In this document: in pieces, positions 20,301-26,100 of the stretch
How the letters are laid out: the number at the start of each line of letters is the position of its first letter
How positions within the stretch are numbered: position 1 is the first letter of the stretch
From: an uncultured Oscillospiraceae bacterium
Lineage (GTDB): Bacteria > Bacillota > Clostridia > Oscillospirales > Oscillospiraceae
DNA: 64,000 nucleotides
Direction of reading: 5' to 3'
Assembly: GCA_910579775.1 (NCBI GenBank)
Contig: CAJTUE010000003.1
Location: 79,653 to 143,652 of the forward strand
Translations under genes and position numbers: made by a program
Notes under the pieces: generated by a model
The model's input: the letters and a program-made list of their open reading frames with translations, nothing else
What the model was told of the DNA's origin: nothing
Databases searched by the model: none

Positions 20301-23117
20301 GTCGGCAGAATACACGCCCGTCGCGTCCTTGTTCAAGTCCGCGGCTTTCGTCGTTCCCGTGTAGAGGGCCACGCCGGAGCCCACCGTAGCGTCGCTCTTC
20401 GCATTGTCCAAGTAGATGTTGACTACAGCCGGAACGACCCCGGCGCCGAAGGTGGCGACGAGGGGCTTGGAGTTCTCCGTGTCTCCGGCGTTGGAGGCGA
20501 CGGTGACCGCCGAGACCTCCCACGTGCCGTCTGTCAGGGATGGGGTCTGGTCAGTCCCGTTATAGCTTACCTTCTTTGGCTGGTCGTTGCCCCCCGCATT
20601 CAGCGCGGGGGTAAGCTCCGTCCCCACCGGGTAATAGAGCGTGCGGGGGTTGGTCGTGTCCTTATTGACGGGCACATAGCCGTCCTCGGGGTCAACGTCG
20701 GTGGCGGCCGGATTCTCGTCGTGAGGGATCTTCAGGGTGCTCTCCGCATGGGTCGCCCCCTCCACCTTGGGGGTCACAGCGCCCAACTCCACCAGGAAAT
20801 GATAGGTGCCTTTGCCCAGGAGCATACTATACTCGTTCTCTGTCAGGGCGGAGGTATTGATCGTATACGCCGTATGGCCGTTGATGTTCAGGGTATACGT
20901 TCCGCCCGGCAGCGTGACCGACCAGGGGTCGGCCAGTCCGCCCGCCGCCTGGGCCGAGAGGGTGTACGTGCCGCTCTTGGAATAGCCGTCTTCGGCGTCG
21001 CCGCTGTCGTCCTTCGTCGCCGAGGCCAGGAGGGTCGTCCCCCGGTAAAGCTCGACCTTAAACACATGGTCCACGTTCTTGCTGCGGTCGGTGGGCGTGG
21101 CGTTATTGATATCCGTGCCCTTAAATGTGGTAAAGAACTTTACGTTGACCAGATCATAATGCGCCGTCACTGTGGTGTCCGCGGTGGGGTTAAAATAGCC
21201 GTTTTCCGCCTGCGTCACCCCGGCCATAGAGCCCGTCAAGCCGCTTCCCATGCTTGTACCCGACGTAACGGCCGCGCCGCTCCAGTGGTCAAACGCGTTC
21301 AGCTTGTCGCCGGCGTAGACGTTTACCGTGGTTCCCGTCGGATAATAGGAATACTGCACACGGCTGGACTTTACCCGGTCCCAGGTATAGTCGCCCAAAA
21401 CCTGCGGGTTGCCGGAGCCGCCGGAGCCGTCTTCCGCCACCGTAACCGCGTACGCGGGCACGTCGGTGAAGCCCTTCTTTACACCCTCTTGTGTGTTGAT
21501 CCCGTCGACAAACACCTTGCTGCCCAGCTCCACCGTGCGGCCGCCCGACAGTCCGTAATATCCGCCTTCCTCCGCGACCCACTCCAGAATATAATTTGCC
21601 GTGGTTCCAATCTTCAGCTGATGGAAGTCCTCTCCGCTGTCAGCCATGTTGTTCGTCTTCTTCATGCCCTTATATTCGTCTTGGGTCAAAGGGGTCGTTG
21701 TGCCGTCCGCGTTCACCTTCACCAGACGTACCTTCGGCTCCACATCCAGGCTTCCGGCCCAGTGAATGCCGCCGTTTGCCGACGCGCTGACTGGACGCCC
21801 GGCATATTCTCCCGATGCGCACGACGCCTCCGCCGTATAGCTGGACCATATGTCGGAGGGATAGTCATTGCCATCCCAAGTGCCTGCGCTATAAAAAGCC
21901 TCTATCACGCCGATGTCCGACATGGACGAGCCCCAGCCCAGGTTCTCGTCTCCAAACAGGGCCTCATCCACCGGCGTGACCAGCGGAAGATATACTGCAT
22001 TGTCCTCTCCCGGTTGAAGAGTCCCGATGGTATAGATCCCCCATGCATTTGTACCATCTGCAAACCCGTAGGCGTGACCCAGGGTTATGCCGCAATCAGC
22101 GTAATCCGCGAAGCCAATATCCGTTTCGCCGTTGTCAGCGCCCACCGTAATATTGCCCCACTGCGCGCCGGGGTCGTCGGTCACGATATTGCCGCGCTTC
22201 AACTGCACCGTCACGTTGGTCATTGCGGCCTCGCTCCGGTTGGTGACCTTTACATAGGCATATGCGCTTCCCCCCTCCTGGGGAAGCGTAAGGCCCTCGC
22301 TCGTATCCTTCACGTCCACCAACCGTTCTACAAGCTCCACCTTGAGGGGCTGGGTGGTGACTTTGATGCGCATGACGGCATGGCTGAAGCCGGAGGAACC
22401 GCCAATGAAGACAGTAAAAGGCAGACCATCCGTAGCAGGATCAATGGTCGTGGTACTGTCCGGCTCATAGAAGGTCTTGCCCAACGCATATTCGCTCAAC
22501 GCACTCATGTTAAAAGCTACCGAGCTATGCCGACTCTGTGCAGTATCTACAGCTGCCCCGTTAGCTCTAATTTGCCAGTTCCAGTCTACACTTACAGTGC
22601 CACCAAAGGTTGTATTCTTTGACTTTAGCCAGACATAGGGCATTCCCATAAAGTCTGCTAACTGTGTATCAGCATCACTTGCATTGTTGTTAAAATATCC
22701 GGTCCAATCGCCTGCCCCTAGCCCTTCGTAACCTGTCGTAGCTATAGAGTCGCCACCATTCGTAGTGAACCGAGGTACAATGAGAACTGCTACGGGGTCC
22801 TGACCTGTACCCGTACCAGTCGCAATTGTACCGCTCAAGTTAGTCACGTTCGTATTCGCCAGCGTAATGCTGGTAATGGCCGCGCTCAGATCCGCGGTAG
22901 GACCGTCGGGATCGACGGGGTCCACAGGCTTTTCCCCGGTGACGTCGTCGTCATGCCTCCCCTGGGTGTCCGCCACGGGGTCGTCGGGGCTGAGGACAGG
23001 CTGCTCCCCCACCACGTCGTCGGTGATGCGGGCGGCAAAAGCGGTGGTGGGGAGGGTCCCCACCACCATCAGCACCGCCAGAGCCATGGCCAGCCATCTC
23101 TTCAGAAGTCTCTTCAT
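5349..23117 (-). CDS. giant (5,922 aa) secreted, SLH-anchored repeat protein; putative cell-surface fibre/adhesin
   Basis: An uninterrupted 17,769-nt ORF with AGGAGG 8 nt upstream of the ATG at 23115-23117. Signal peptide MKRLLKRWLAMALAVLMVVGTLPTTAFA. The body is rich in T/A/G/V/N/D and looks like beta-type repeats, including many InlB-B-like units (..Y.F..W..). It ends with an acidic spacer, a GGGGG linker, one Flg_new repeat (GYVFRGWSL..TFYAVI) and SLH repeats (YTDVAGHWAESAIAYC..TRQEF etc.). Confidence 0.9.
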   Translation of the reverse strand: MKRLLKRWLAMALAVLMVVGTLPTTAFAARITDDVVGEQPVLSPDDPVADTQGRHDDDVTGEKPVDPVDPDGPTADLSAAITSITLANTNVTNLSGTIATGTGTGQDPVAVLIVPRFTTNGGDSIATTGYEGLGAGDWTGYFNNNASDADTQLADFMGMPYVWLKSKNTTFGGTVSVDWNWQIRANGAAVDTAQSRHSSVAFNMSALSEYALGKTFYEPDSTTTIDPATDGLPFTVFIGGSSGFSHAVMRIKVTTQPLKVELVERLVDVKDTSEGLTLPQEGGSAYAYVKVTNRSEAAMTNVTVQLKRGNIVTDDPGAQWGNITVGADNGETDIGFADYADCGITLGHAYGFADGTNAWGIYTIGTLQPGEDNAVYLPLVTPVDEALFGDENLGWGSSMSDIGVIEAFYSAGTWDGNDYPSDIWSSYTAEASCASGEYAGRPVSASANGGIHWAGSLDVEPKVRLVKVNADGTTTPLTQDEYKGMKKTNNMADSGEDFHQLKIGTTANYILEWVAEEGGYYGLSGGRTVELGSKVFVDGINTQEGVKKGFTDVPAYAVTVAEDGSGGSGNPQVLGDYTWDRVKSSRVQYSYYPTGTTVNVYAGDKLNAFDHWSGAAVTSGTSMGSGLTGSMAGVTQAENGYFNPTADTTVTAHYDLVNVKFFTTFKGTDINNATPTDRSKNVDHVFKVELYRGTTLLASATKDDSGDAEDGYSKSGTYTLSAQAAGGLADPWSVTLPGGTYTLNINGHTAYTINTSALTENEYSMLLGKGTYHFLVELGAVTPKVEGATHAESTLKIPHDENPAATDVDPEDGYVPVNKDTTNPRTLYYPVGTELTPALNAGGNDQPKKVSYNGTDQTPSLTDGTWEVSAVTVASNAGDTENSKPLVATFGAGVVPAVVNIYLDNAKSDATVGSGVALYTGTTKAADLNKDATGVYSADVTPGSYRIYVNGTNTGIDITVGDTGGSQDVRYWTVTLNAGTGATAPKVNTSNNSLVVLDGTTGVTLSASAQTYYNPNAATWTKTAGVDQTAASTTNSTTLKAITETTTYTVSFAKLTATITVNLQVNGTTQHPGGSQTVTVTGQTDWTTTSDATKEFTVEQGNNYTVALGTFSRTITAIASDQTVNIPFYTLKVTAEQTVDSGAKVAQSATANPPTANQDNQTGTYLTGTTVYINAAPSGSNYSFTRWKLGEGTLPTTATNAANQITLTQKTELIAEFSKPKYDTYLNLILDDSGVTALGGKITSVKLGTHDATYDTTVNLWKYAGVISATESNLKWSVVTPDGAFTVDQGTQDSTAAPAKLELYTLKLTADQTKATAAQVGIGSSATAQTVGPTVYKKGTSVSFIADPKNTDYEWDAWTVDVGGITAPTSASASVTMNQKTELTATFKKKLGTVTVQVLLDGNPVNDATVTLSTKTPTSVANGIYTFSNVEYNGTDANKYDLSVSKTGYVGTHTAKVTVNQANVPQITVRYWTVTAATAGHGDAKVEVTTDGLSGSAQTDYANGTPVTSQSIVVINGTAVKWTSMNPQENWKFSYWQLNNTTTHDTSDPKTLASVTSTVTYTANFIKDKYNTYLVVNVNTSNWATKGTSDTNIKEIQLVNTATGTASVSGVTLERKNDRWEANGVSSASVTAPYWRITTVDGGVYYEQAKIDDVATKNFYGVKVAETKPAGCLTATVRAAGAGSAASARVVTPVGNVTAAETHSTGYTLANWEQTNDPALANVSISGGTVTLQTGYNAATDLVVTPTYTFATTIETRHLTTTGTLTNVTTVQLAEVGAAPTINCTKQTADGTYSVSGLDPAKTYDIWVNGFKVGAGNKQITSANAGGKVPVVVFKVTTARDPAAGGTSNVGLNAAGTGNLAIVPNGAAVTTAAPTVNAAATVATGYRKRSVANDGTNNSFWTASAGDVTTPEGGTGNATTWTIGSMTADVTLTAHYVRQYTATVSVDPTTGGTAIFTEKGSTGSSIGTPATSATVDSGDYVKAEFTHNTGNTLNNWTFSNGTLWTTADKQAGTQLTSGTKTAATTVYFFPTADNASLVAKTEAAVYPVEIRVNLDNEAYAGRKVELRQGGAVKYTLTESATEDGLYTAKVLPGNYDVYVDGVTTGTTADSEKNLNFTAAEAESTDVNEQAKRKAEVNYYTIDLVADPAGTAPKQNKVNFAGGTAGTTASKIVLAKVDAYSIGNVVATAFNEADGTHYRFDNWAVTAPGANGGSMGNAKNATTTYTLPAEATLKANTGITPTDKITLTASFVQQFKVTVQLAAGIPSSEFAVHLKETGEANWAATNTIMVDSGDTVTINGAANGGGVESATRVLSEWTVPSTDHGEFDNSSHAAATKPANGKVGYVIQNGIYTPKKDSVLELNAWRMGTLTAGWVFDKGTGTATSPTGAAERRSTWTKNNGQAPTKVTVLNAAGTATFTEVLDAADYVVSGGDGEYYTITAEHLREDVPNGTYTLNLTYVLGPVNHPNNVEKTAQSTNFIVTSNKHKLTETNVQVKDKASDTANPNTATARDGVIYKDHTAAAPDIKHDELIFTWYYANSKPTQTNFNAQTDPAAAAKTAAMAVSGATLIGTTGATGVGAWNEGTNSIATGAVTVTSAMRGKYIYAVVEVDAASETAEGAVITNAIPVDYDAEITVNKDGSHVTADNYKVFLVPSGTAVTQADFAGDAALNAKGIKKADTFNAATGIYSTSGSPLKGATNYVIWVSDAEGSTYYLHATEAGTVTPLNNTGKNVNYFSVNRVDFSQSHTQDKDNRDVGETFDATNTPAINSVTTSNGSTVADGNGVHTGTSVTAKSSTWNQDYTLTWKKSTGNDPVANTTTKQNSTTANATGYANGAVTAKTNIGGELVQNTYLIRGDIKGSGSVATAKLTANGHEFTGKVLYSGAPGINVVEFTVPKSAVTGEINENYVISATMGANTTLVGYSAPSKAAADQVAPLALEQVTKAENGKFAIHIVSTTLSIEVKDTDNEAHKQFATGGSATATVNHSDKEKFADYNQYTRTVVITNQGNTPLTVTLGITKGTNTTVYDGTQTLTGGVLTDGNGVTIGGLERTFDLAVGASKSFVVTIPADLNNDDDVAYHFNFSTVDGRDGVTTKGPDGVYNLNITIDPVTVSKVATNKIKDSDGNVIRYDVKETWVAEDGENPATKPHYNALVTMEDGDYNMATNADIVYEWYVAPWDATVKLNKNTGVPYYTAGGTGNLSLGAGTRGTNNLTYTPTAGEKGMALFLVAKGQRDATSAAMTPDVEAGDPVELVPFDGLITIHENTTLVTDPDEGAKYTVYLWNTQGGDEIDLNDTENLIPTQWSTADNAFMSTKNLWASDPENPDSTKPWTYKVYASIVKDDATLKNTGKTITVGHRTEDVVYYKVDVDDTSVHQNDYEGKLNIPDGSKYFYKTAPTPRPSAAAEGVAGRDVVNTWVQTGTKVTFTYPQWTKDYDLTWSGGVTATDKAAAGNAGAVTHANVTYSSQLAQVKTQLKLNLYPVKANATGTAGWVNYLTMALEDGAVTNTFTSLRTQTDNILGIDDSGLDSATNYRIGVGKSVTFRLPKADGYTTTAHVPGQTESGVASWNYRYGGQDTPGDMDNPGSVKITVNVTGDEHVDTYDVNLIGEGLNMKVSETSLPKDKTDSNTVQSGMGSIPNADTAAVVNGTVNQEIHLNYNYPTGQTVVMEVENTTEGTAIWNVRSTPAAGNTSAITASSFTGGKMEPAAKEEITLTIADGLDAGEYKYSADFSFENKETGGRSAKVTYTLKVVVDPLPFTNVTIKKLDNGTLSIDKYQVTPTGAATATETEPADPVAADDKTALTYGNAEDYQYQWYAADAGSAQPTVTWAAGVPTVSGATAIAGATNKTFDPSTQQGKDIYLVIYANNDSNASQAAISTPITSTFQGVVKISVDGTTLTADPGVISGTTDPVYTVNFVNGSDKIKGTWDNTAQGYVAALEPTKTYTVEVSRAKDDKTNLVTLADVSISNANRTATAPYFTVNAVNFVNKEYQTGTGEDFTGVTITPAFTIGTDHAALPNGTPVLSGQSVAAKAPALSAPNADKAWVQDYTLTWRQKSDDNTAAAVADVNLADSATTGQSATAAIANGAYAYGAVTHKTFIGGRLDQKTYEVVGTVKNETGMTGGHVLKVELAESNNKFTLTTATEAGKLTTGVLSDGDNNGVRGEPGDTAEFTVVKGIYNITSFDGVNTTIQRVTVNTDDTDTDKTRNKETLTPTVQTDDRVFTIYVAGTALKLKVADNEGAAPHNNATSEGSGNVATNYKHAYNEETHYFNATAGTFPLTLSNPGNTDLKLGQPKVYKLAAGSVNASTNMTGVTLGTALALTSGSYSDDNLTISGLDIANTALAVNGTTAGGSLTLKKTAANKDDAVYVVEFPSTYADTNGNTPVGPTVYYVLDLTVEPLPIVSVTTGKNATTGELSLEGYDKNDATNKTGLDHVMVDHDGSAATDAVAANSTDANLKDGDLSFVWAVSDKGDLTAANFEIDTANNKMVAKDGVATVDTTLGKTRQPSAAEEGKFFYLIAYRSAGTANASEFAVSDAVYAQVTISLKTQRYSDKTQVADTSVQIEGTYGTGETASSAKSNSGTLVIPADNSEISFTADEADNATPANAKYYFVGWGPEGDDRIEVNADDRLAMTYAVTKQDTVIGYYDLLPVLTGANGCTIGAATIPVADRTFTYKHNDGSGNVRIEIKPADGSRFLAVTGAEDEDLTTPRVLNATAFEKIAGQPSGGKMGADGDYVLTNSWITANLEGDQDYIITFYDLEKGVENEGYAGYDRSKAYVTSTGDKDVTAVVADDNKGQGHTVQVTNGVSDGTAAETSTASTVNGVVTIHANPAPGYVFTGWKITAGSGRFLEEEGETKAETVFRPTSLTATVEASFAPGDFTAADKKALVIYGNSKFEDGSETSVAATDSEATGTTFTYAVVNTDDLPDWLELNADTGVFSVKSPVNTNVQVEDGTKATYAEAGAVDNEVVLTVRITTNAGKSKDVTYTVNVEPGQLAVTHAAAQDTSVKRGDAYVAANTAGSFIPVDENGVPMYNETVRKHLFAYENVHDQAATQIDTTGHAGDVTNNDSGVYDKGTWTVAPTRFQGTGEPSTYRFTFTYKPDTAEEKWNYAAAVTDMTITIAKPPVGAEFADIIRNFADVENVLKPGEFDTDYSLVEKPEGYDGTFTTAPEAMAYTNETFRKNERITYLDVEPQYTVKLHSLDAAIHGTVFTVDELTGFKLAEGSAYPTFTNGQFASGDGEKTFVLELAPVSGKLWVGEHHAKFTLTGYSNAELAAEGGEPDVTATYELIVMVDPKVITKVDVTVTDPETEPTEVKGTTEDDEPVDNETPDDKGNVPIQDVTVTWKPEPGEPDGKHTEVKVDVTIDPNYVYAEEDDTTPDVKEDITENTDLTVTDHLTPDPEVERDPEDGDHIIHITQKIPYLMHDDVKDGSDPADTTGPKVDDRRTVSVMQGATGLGSYTINLGAYGANVYDVQWTVAQDTITSSAENGIGATLGTLPTGFDLTVDGAKQSVVLDLSAADTSKVGTYSLTLLALGKANADDPEDARTIQSTYVFQITIRSPGGGGGVVETCPCKVLYHVGIHGVTADATIEDVSESSRPSKVPTVTALDGYVFRGWSLTNPATLKKGEKIELVDPKTVTAKGETMTFYAVIIERPYHEHYVIGYPNGNFGPADNIDRASVATIIARAILPDFKEGSNYGNPGGYTDVAGHWAESAIAYCSKYGVFEGYTDGTFKPNQPITRQEFALVIARLDGVMTPGEMDFTDIDEAGSWALGGIYTAYKKGWVNGYTDGSFKPLNNIRRDEAVKVFNAYLNRGVDADGLRKLHEYVHSGVASNVTGNGTDEYMTWPDVPQGHWAYYEIVEAANDHEFVPDFESELGYTLPEEWDKCWIDERWRYHDDLNDGGPNAALLSAGFRVWLH
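9440..15700 (-). repeat. diverged ~640-aa (~1.9 kb) coding super-repeat, 3 full copies plus the start of a 4th, inside the giant ORF
   Basis: Motif ..(F/E/Q/V)W(Y/A).. occurs at W2534, W3172, W3814 and W4466 (codons 15516-18, 13602-04, 11676-78, 9720-22). Motif DY(T/D)LTW occurs at D2800, D3433 and D4047 (14718-20, 12819-21, 10977-79). All are in the ORF frame. Confidence 0.75.
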
Positions 23118-26100
23118 TTCATTGTCCTCCTAGTCAGGAATGCGATAATGGGTCCGGCCATGGTCACGGTCACGGACGGTTTTCGGTCGGTCGGTTCGTC
23201 AGGTATGTCCTCCAACGTCCCTGCTGCCTGCAGGGGGGCCTCCTCCGGCCCGATGAGGGCATCGGGCCCTACAGGCTCCTCCAGCGTCGCCGCGCCAGGA
23301 GCCTCTACGGTCACGGGGTCGCCGCGCCCTACGGGGGTCGCGTCGGGCAGGTCATCCAGGGGGACGTTCTCGTCCTCCGGGGCTTCCTCCAGGCTCAGGA
23401 GGCTGGCGCGGGTGGCCTTTTCCTTCCACACCCACGGCGCGTTCTCCTGGGTCGCCCAAGCCTCACATTCCTCTGTGGTGGGCATGATCCAGCCCGACTC
23501 TACATCGTTGAGATGGAGCAGCACATATTGGAACTCCGCCCACGTCGGCGGGGTCACCCACTTGCGGTTGGTCGCCGCGCCGGTGATAAACTCCTTCTTC
23601 CGGTTGGAGGTGTTCAGGGCGGTCATCACCTGCCACAAGAGGTCCTGCTTATCCCCACTGAACATTTCCGCGGCGGCGATCACGTCGCTGTCGTTCGGTC
23701 CCTTGCGCAGCAGCAGGGTGTCCTTCAGCTTATCGTCCGTCAGGTCATAGACAAACCCCGCGGGGTTGCCCGCGGTCTTCTTGAAGTAACCGATGGCGGA
23801 GGTCATAAAGTCGCCCCACTCTGTGGCGTCTGGCCGCACCGCCTCATACTCGACCTTTCCGCCGGTGACCCACATCCACCCGTAATTCTCCTTCTCCGCC
23901 GCGCATTCCTCTGTGGGCGGCATGATCCAGCCCGACTCCACATCGTTCAGATGGAGCAGCACATATTGGAATTCCTCCCAGGTCGGCTTATTCACCCACC
24001 TGCGGTTGGTCGCCGCGCCGGTGATAAACTCCTTCTTCCGGTTGGAGGTGTTCAGGGCGGTCATCACCTGCCACAAGAGGTCCTGCTTATCCCCACTGAA
24101 CATTTCCGCGGCGGTGATCACGTCGCTGTCGTTCGGTCCCTTGCGCAGCCGCAGCACATCCTTCAGCTTTTCGTCCGTCAGGTCATAGACAAACCCCGCG
24201 GGGTTGCCCGCCGTCTTCTTGAAGTAGCCGATGGCGGAATCCAGGAAAGCGTCCCATTCCGCCGGGTCTGCAAACAGCTCTTCCTTCTTGACCTCTTCCT
24301 CCGGCTTTTTGTCCGCGTTGAACCACCAGTAGGCGTCCACGCCGTCCACAATGACCTCCGCCTTGACCTCCGCGTCCGTCTTATAGACGCCGTTCAAGAG
24401 CAGATACTGGAGCTGGTAATCCGTCAGCCCCGTCAGGCTGTCATAGGTCAGGGTGGGATCGGCCGCAGCCGCCGCGCGCAGCGTGCTCAAAAGGGCGTTC
24501 TTAAACGCCTCAATGCTGGTAAAGGCCGCGCCGTCCGCGTTCACGCGCATAGCCATGCCTGGGTCGGTAACCGAGGGCCGGCGGGTGATAAAGTCCAGAT
24601 CGAGGATCTGGTCCATGGCGTCGGTAGCTGTCTTGCCGTCAAAGCCCACCGCCGCCAGCCAGGCGGCCTGGGCCAGGGTGGCGTGGGTGTCGGCGGTGAA
24701 GCCACTGCCCTGCCACCAGTAGTTTTCCGTGATGCTGGCCGCGGTCTGATAGCTGCTGCCGGGGAAGAGGAGGTGCTGCACCTCCTTCGTCAGGTCCGCG
24801 GCGCTCTGGGAAGCGACGGCGTCCAGATCCTTGTAGGGCAGGCCGCCGCCCGTCTTGCGCACGACCTCCATGATCCGGGCGCGCAGGTCGGCATAGCTCT
24901 CGTCGGTGAAGGGCATGCCGTGGACCTCCGCGCGCAGCTTCAGCCGCTCCAGGGTGGCGGCGTCCAGCTTGCCCAGGGGGTCGATGGCCAGAGGCTGCAT
25001 CGCCCCGTCCACCTCCACGCCGTCCCTGGCCCAGTAGGCGTAGGTGAGCAGGTCCATAATGTCGCCGATGCGCTGGGCCTCGGTGGGGGTGTGGGGCTCG
25101 GGGATCCACCAGTAGTTGCACACCACGTCCGGGTCGGCGGGGTCGGCGATCTTGTCCGCGGGCGGAATGGGCTGGCCCACCAGCTTGTTGGCGTTAATAA
25201 GCAGATATTGCAGCTGGTAAATATCCAGGGCGTACTCTCCCGAGGGCAGCTTCCTCAGGCTGCCGTCCAGGCTCAAAAAGTCGTTCATGTTGTCCACAAA
25301 GCCCAGCACCTTCAGCGCCAGCTCCAGGGAGGTCTTAAACTGCTCCACGCTGGTAAAGCCGCTGCCCGCGGCGGTGCGGCGGAGATAGACCTCGTTATTG
25401 ACGGGGGTGATCCCCTTGGCCAGGAGGGTGTCCAGCTTGGTGGAGTCGGTGTAGTTGCTGGCCCGCCAGGCGTCCGCCGCCTCCATCAGCCGCTCGTAGG
25501 TGAGCCGCGGCTGGCCGCCGTTCTTCCACCAATAATTCTTTTCCTTGAGGATCTCCTCCGCGGTCTTGTAGTCTCCCGCCGGCTGGATCAGAGCGTATTG
25601 GATCTCCTCCCAGGGGATAGTCTCCCACACGTCCATCACCGTCTTGGGGTCGGAGAGGTCATAATGGGCGCTGAGGGTGGTCAGCGCCTTGAGCCAGGCG
25701 GTCTTGAACTCCGCCAGGGTGGTAAAGGCGTTGTCGTCCTCCTCCGACTCCTCCTTGCGGAACCACCCCACATTTTGTGGAGTTTCGTTCCCGGTGGGGG
25801 GCGCGTAGCTGATCAATTCTGTCAAAGCGTTGGGCAGGTTCTCCTCCGTCATGGCGTCCAGGGCGTCGGGCACATCCCCTGAGACCACCAGCATGCCGCC
25901 CTCGATAAAGTCCTTCCAGCCGGTCACCGGGCGTTTGCCGCCGTTTTGCCACCAGTAGGTCTTGCCCGTGGTGGGCCAGGTCCCGGTGATGAGCAGCTCC
26001 TGCACCTGCTCCGCGGTGATCTGCTTCATGGCGTCCTGGTCCAGGCCCGCCGCCGCCAGAATGTCGTATACCTTCTCCAGCGCGTCCAGCATCTCCTGGC

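Noticed and set aside
9801-22622. A 4,273-codon stop-free ORF on the + strand, antisense to the giant gene. There are similar long antisense ORFs at 5418-9173, 1127-3163, 23513-25882, 27830-29437, 30233-33169 (antisense to pnp), 36238-38007 and 44567-46258.
   Set aside because: These frames are codon-aligned with the sense genes; for example 9801 and the giant's codon starts are both 0 mod 3. An antisense stop therefore requires a sense TTA, CTA or TCA codon, and those are nearly absent in this high-GC3 organism. The translations are low-complexity (G/V/D/L/A/R-rich) and lack an RBS, a signal peptide or any motif, whereas the opposite strand encodes clear domains. They are shadow ORFs. The only informative aspect is where the stop-free run breaks, which is covered in the AT-rich patch findings.
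23114-23200. A sortase (LPxTG-type) sorting signal at the C-terminus of the 2,081-aa protein.
   Set aside because: A hydrophobic stretch plus a basic tail is present, but no LPxTG, SPKTG, NPQTN or similar motif precedes it. I report only the ambiguous tail, not a sortase substrate.
23240-23260. An RGD tripeptide (..PVGRGDPVT..) in the C-terminal tail of the 2,081-aa protein, as a possible integrin-binding motif.
   Set aside because: Roughly one or two chance RGD occurrences are expected in about 8,000 residues of this composition, and there is no supporting context.
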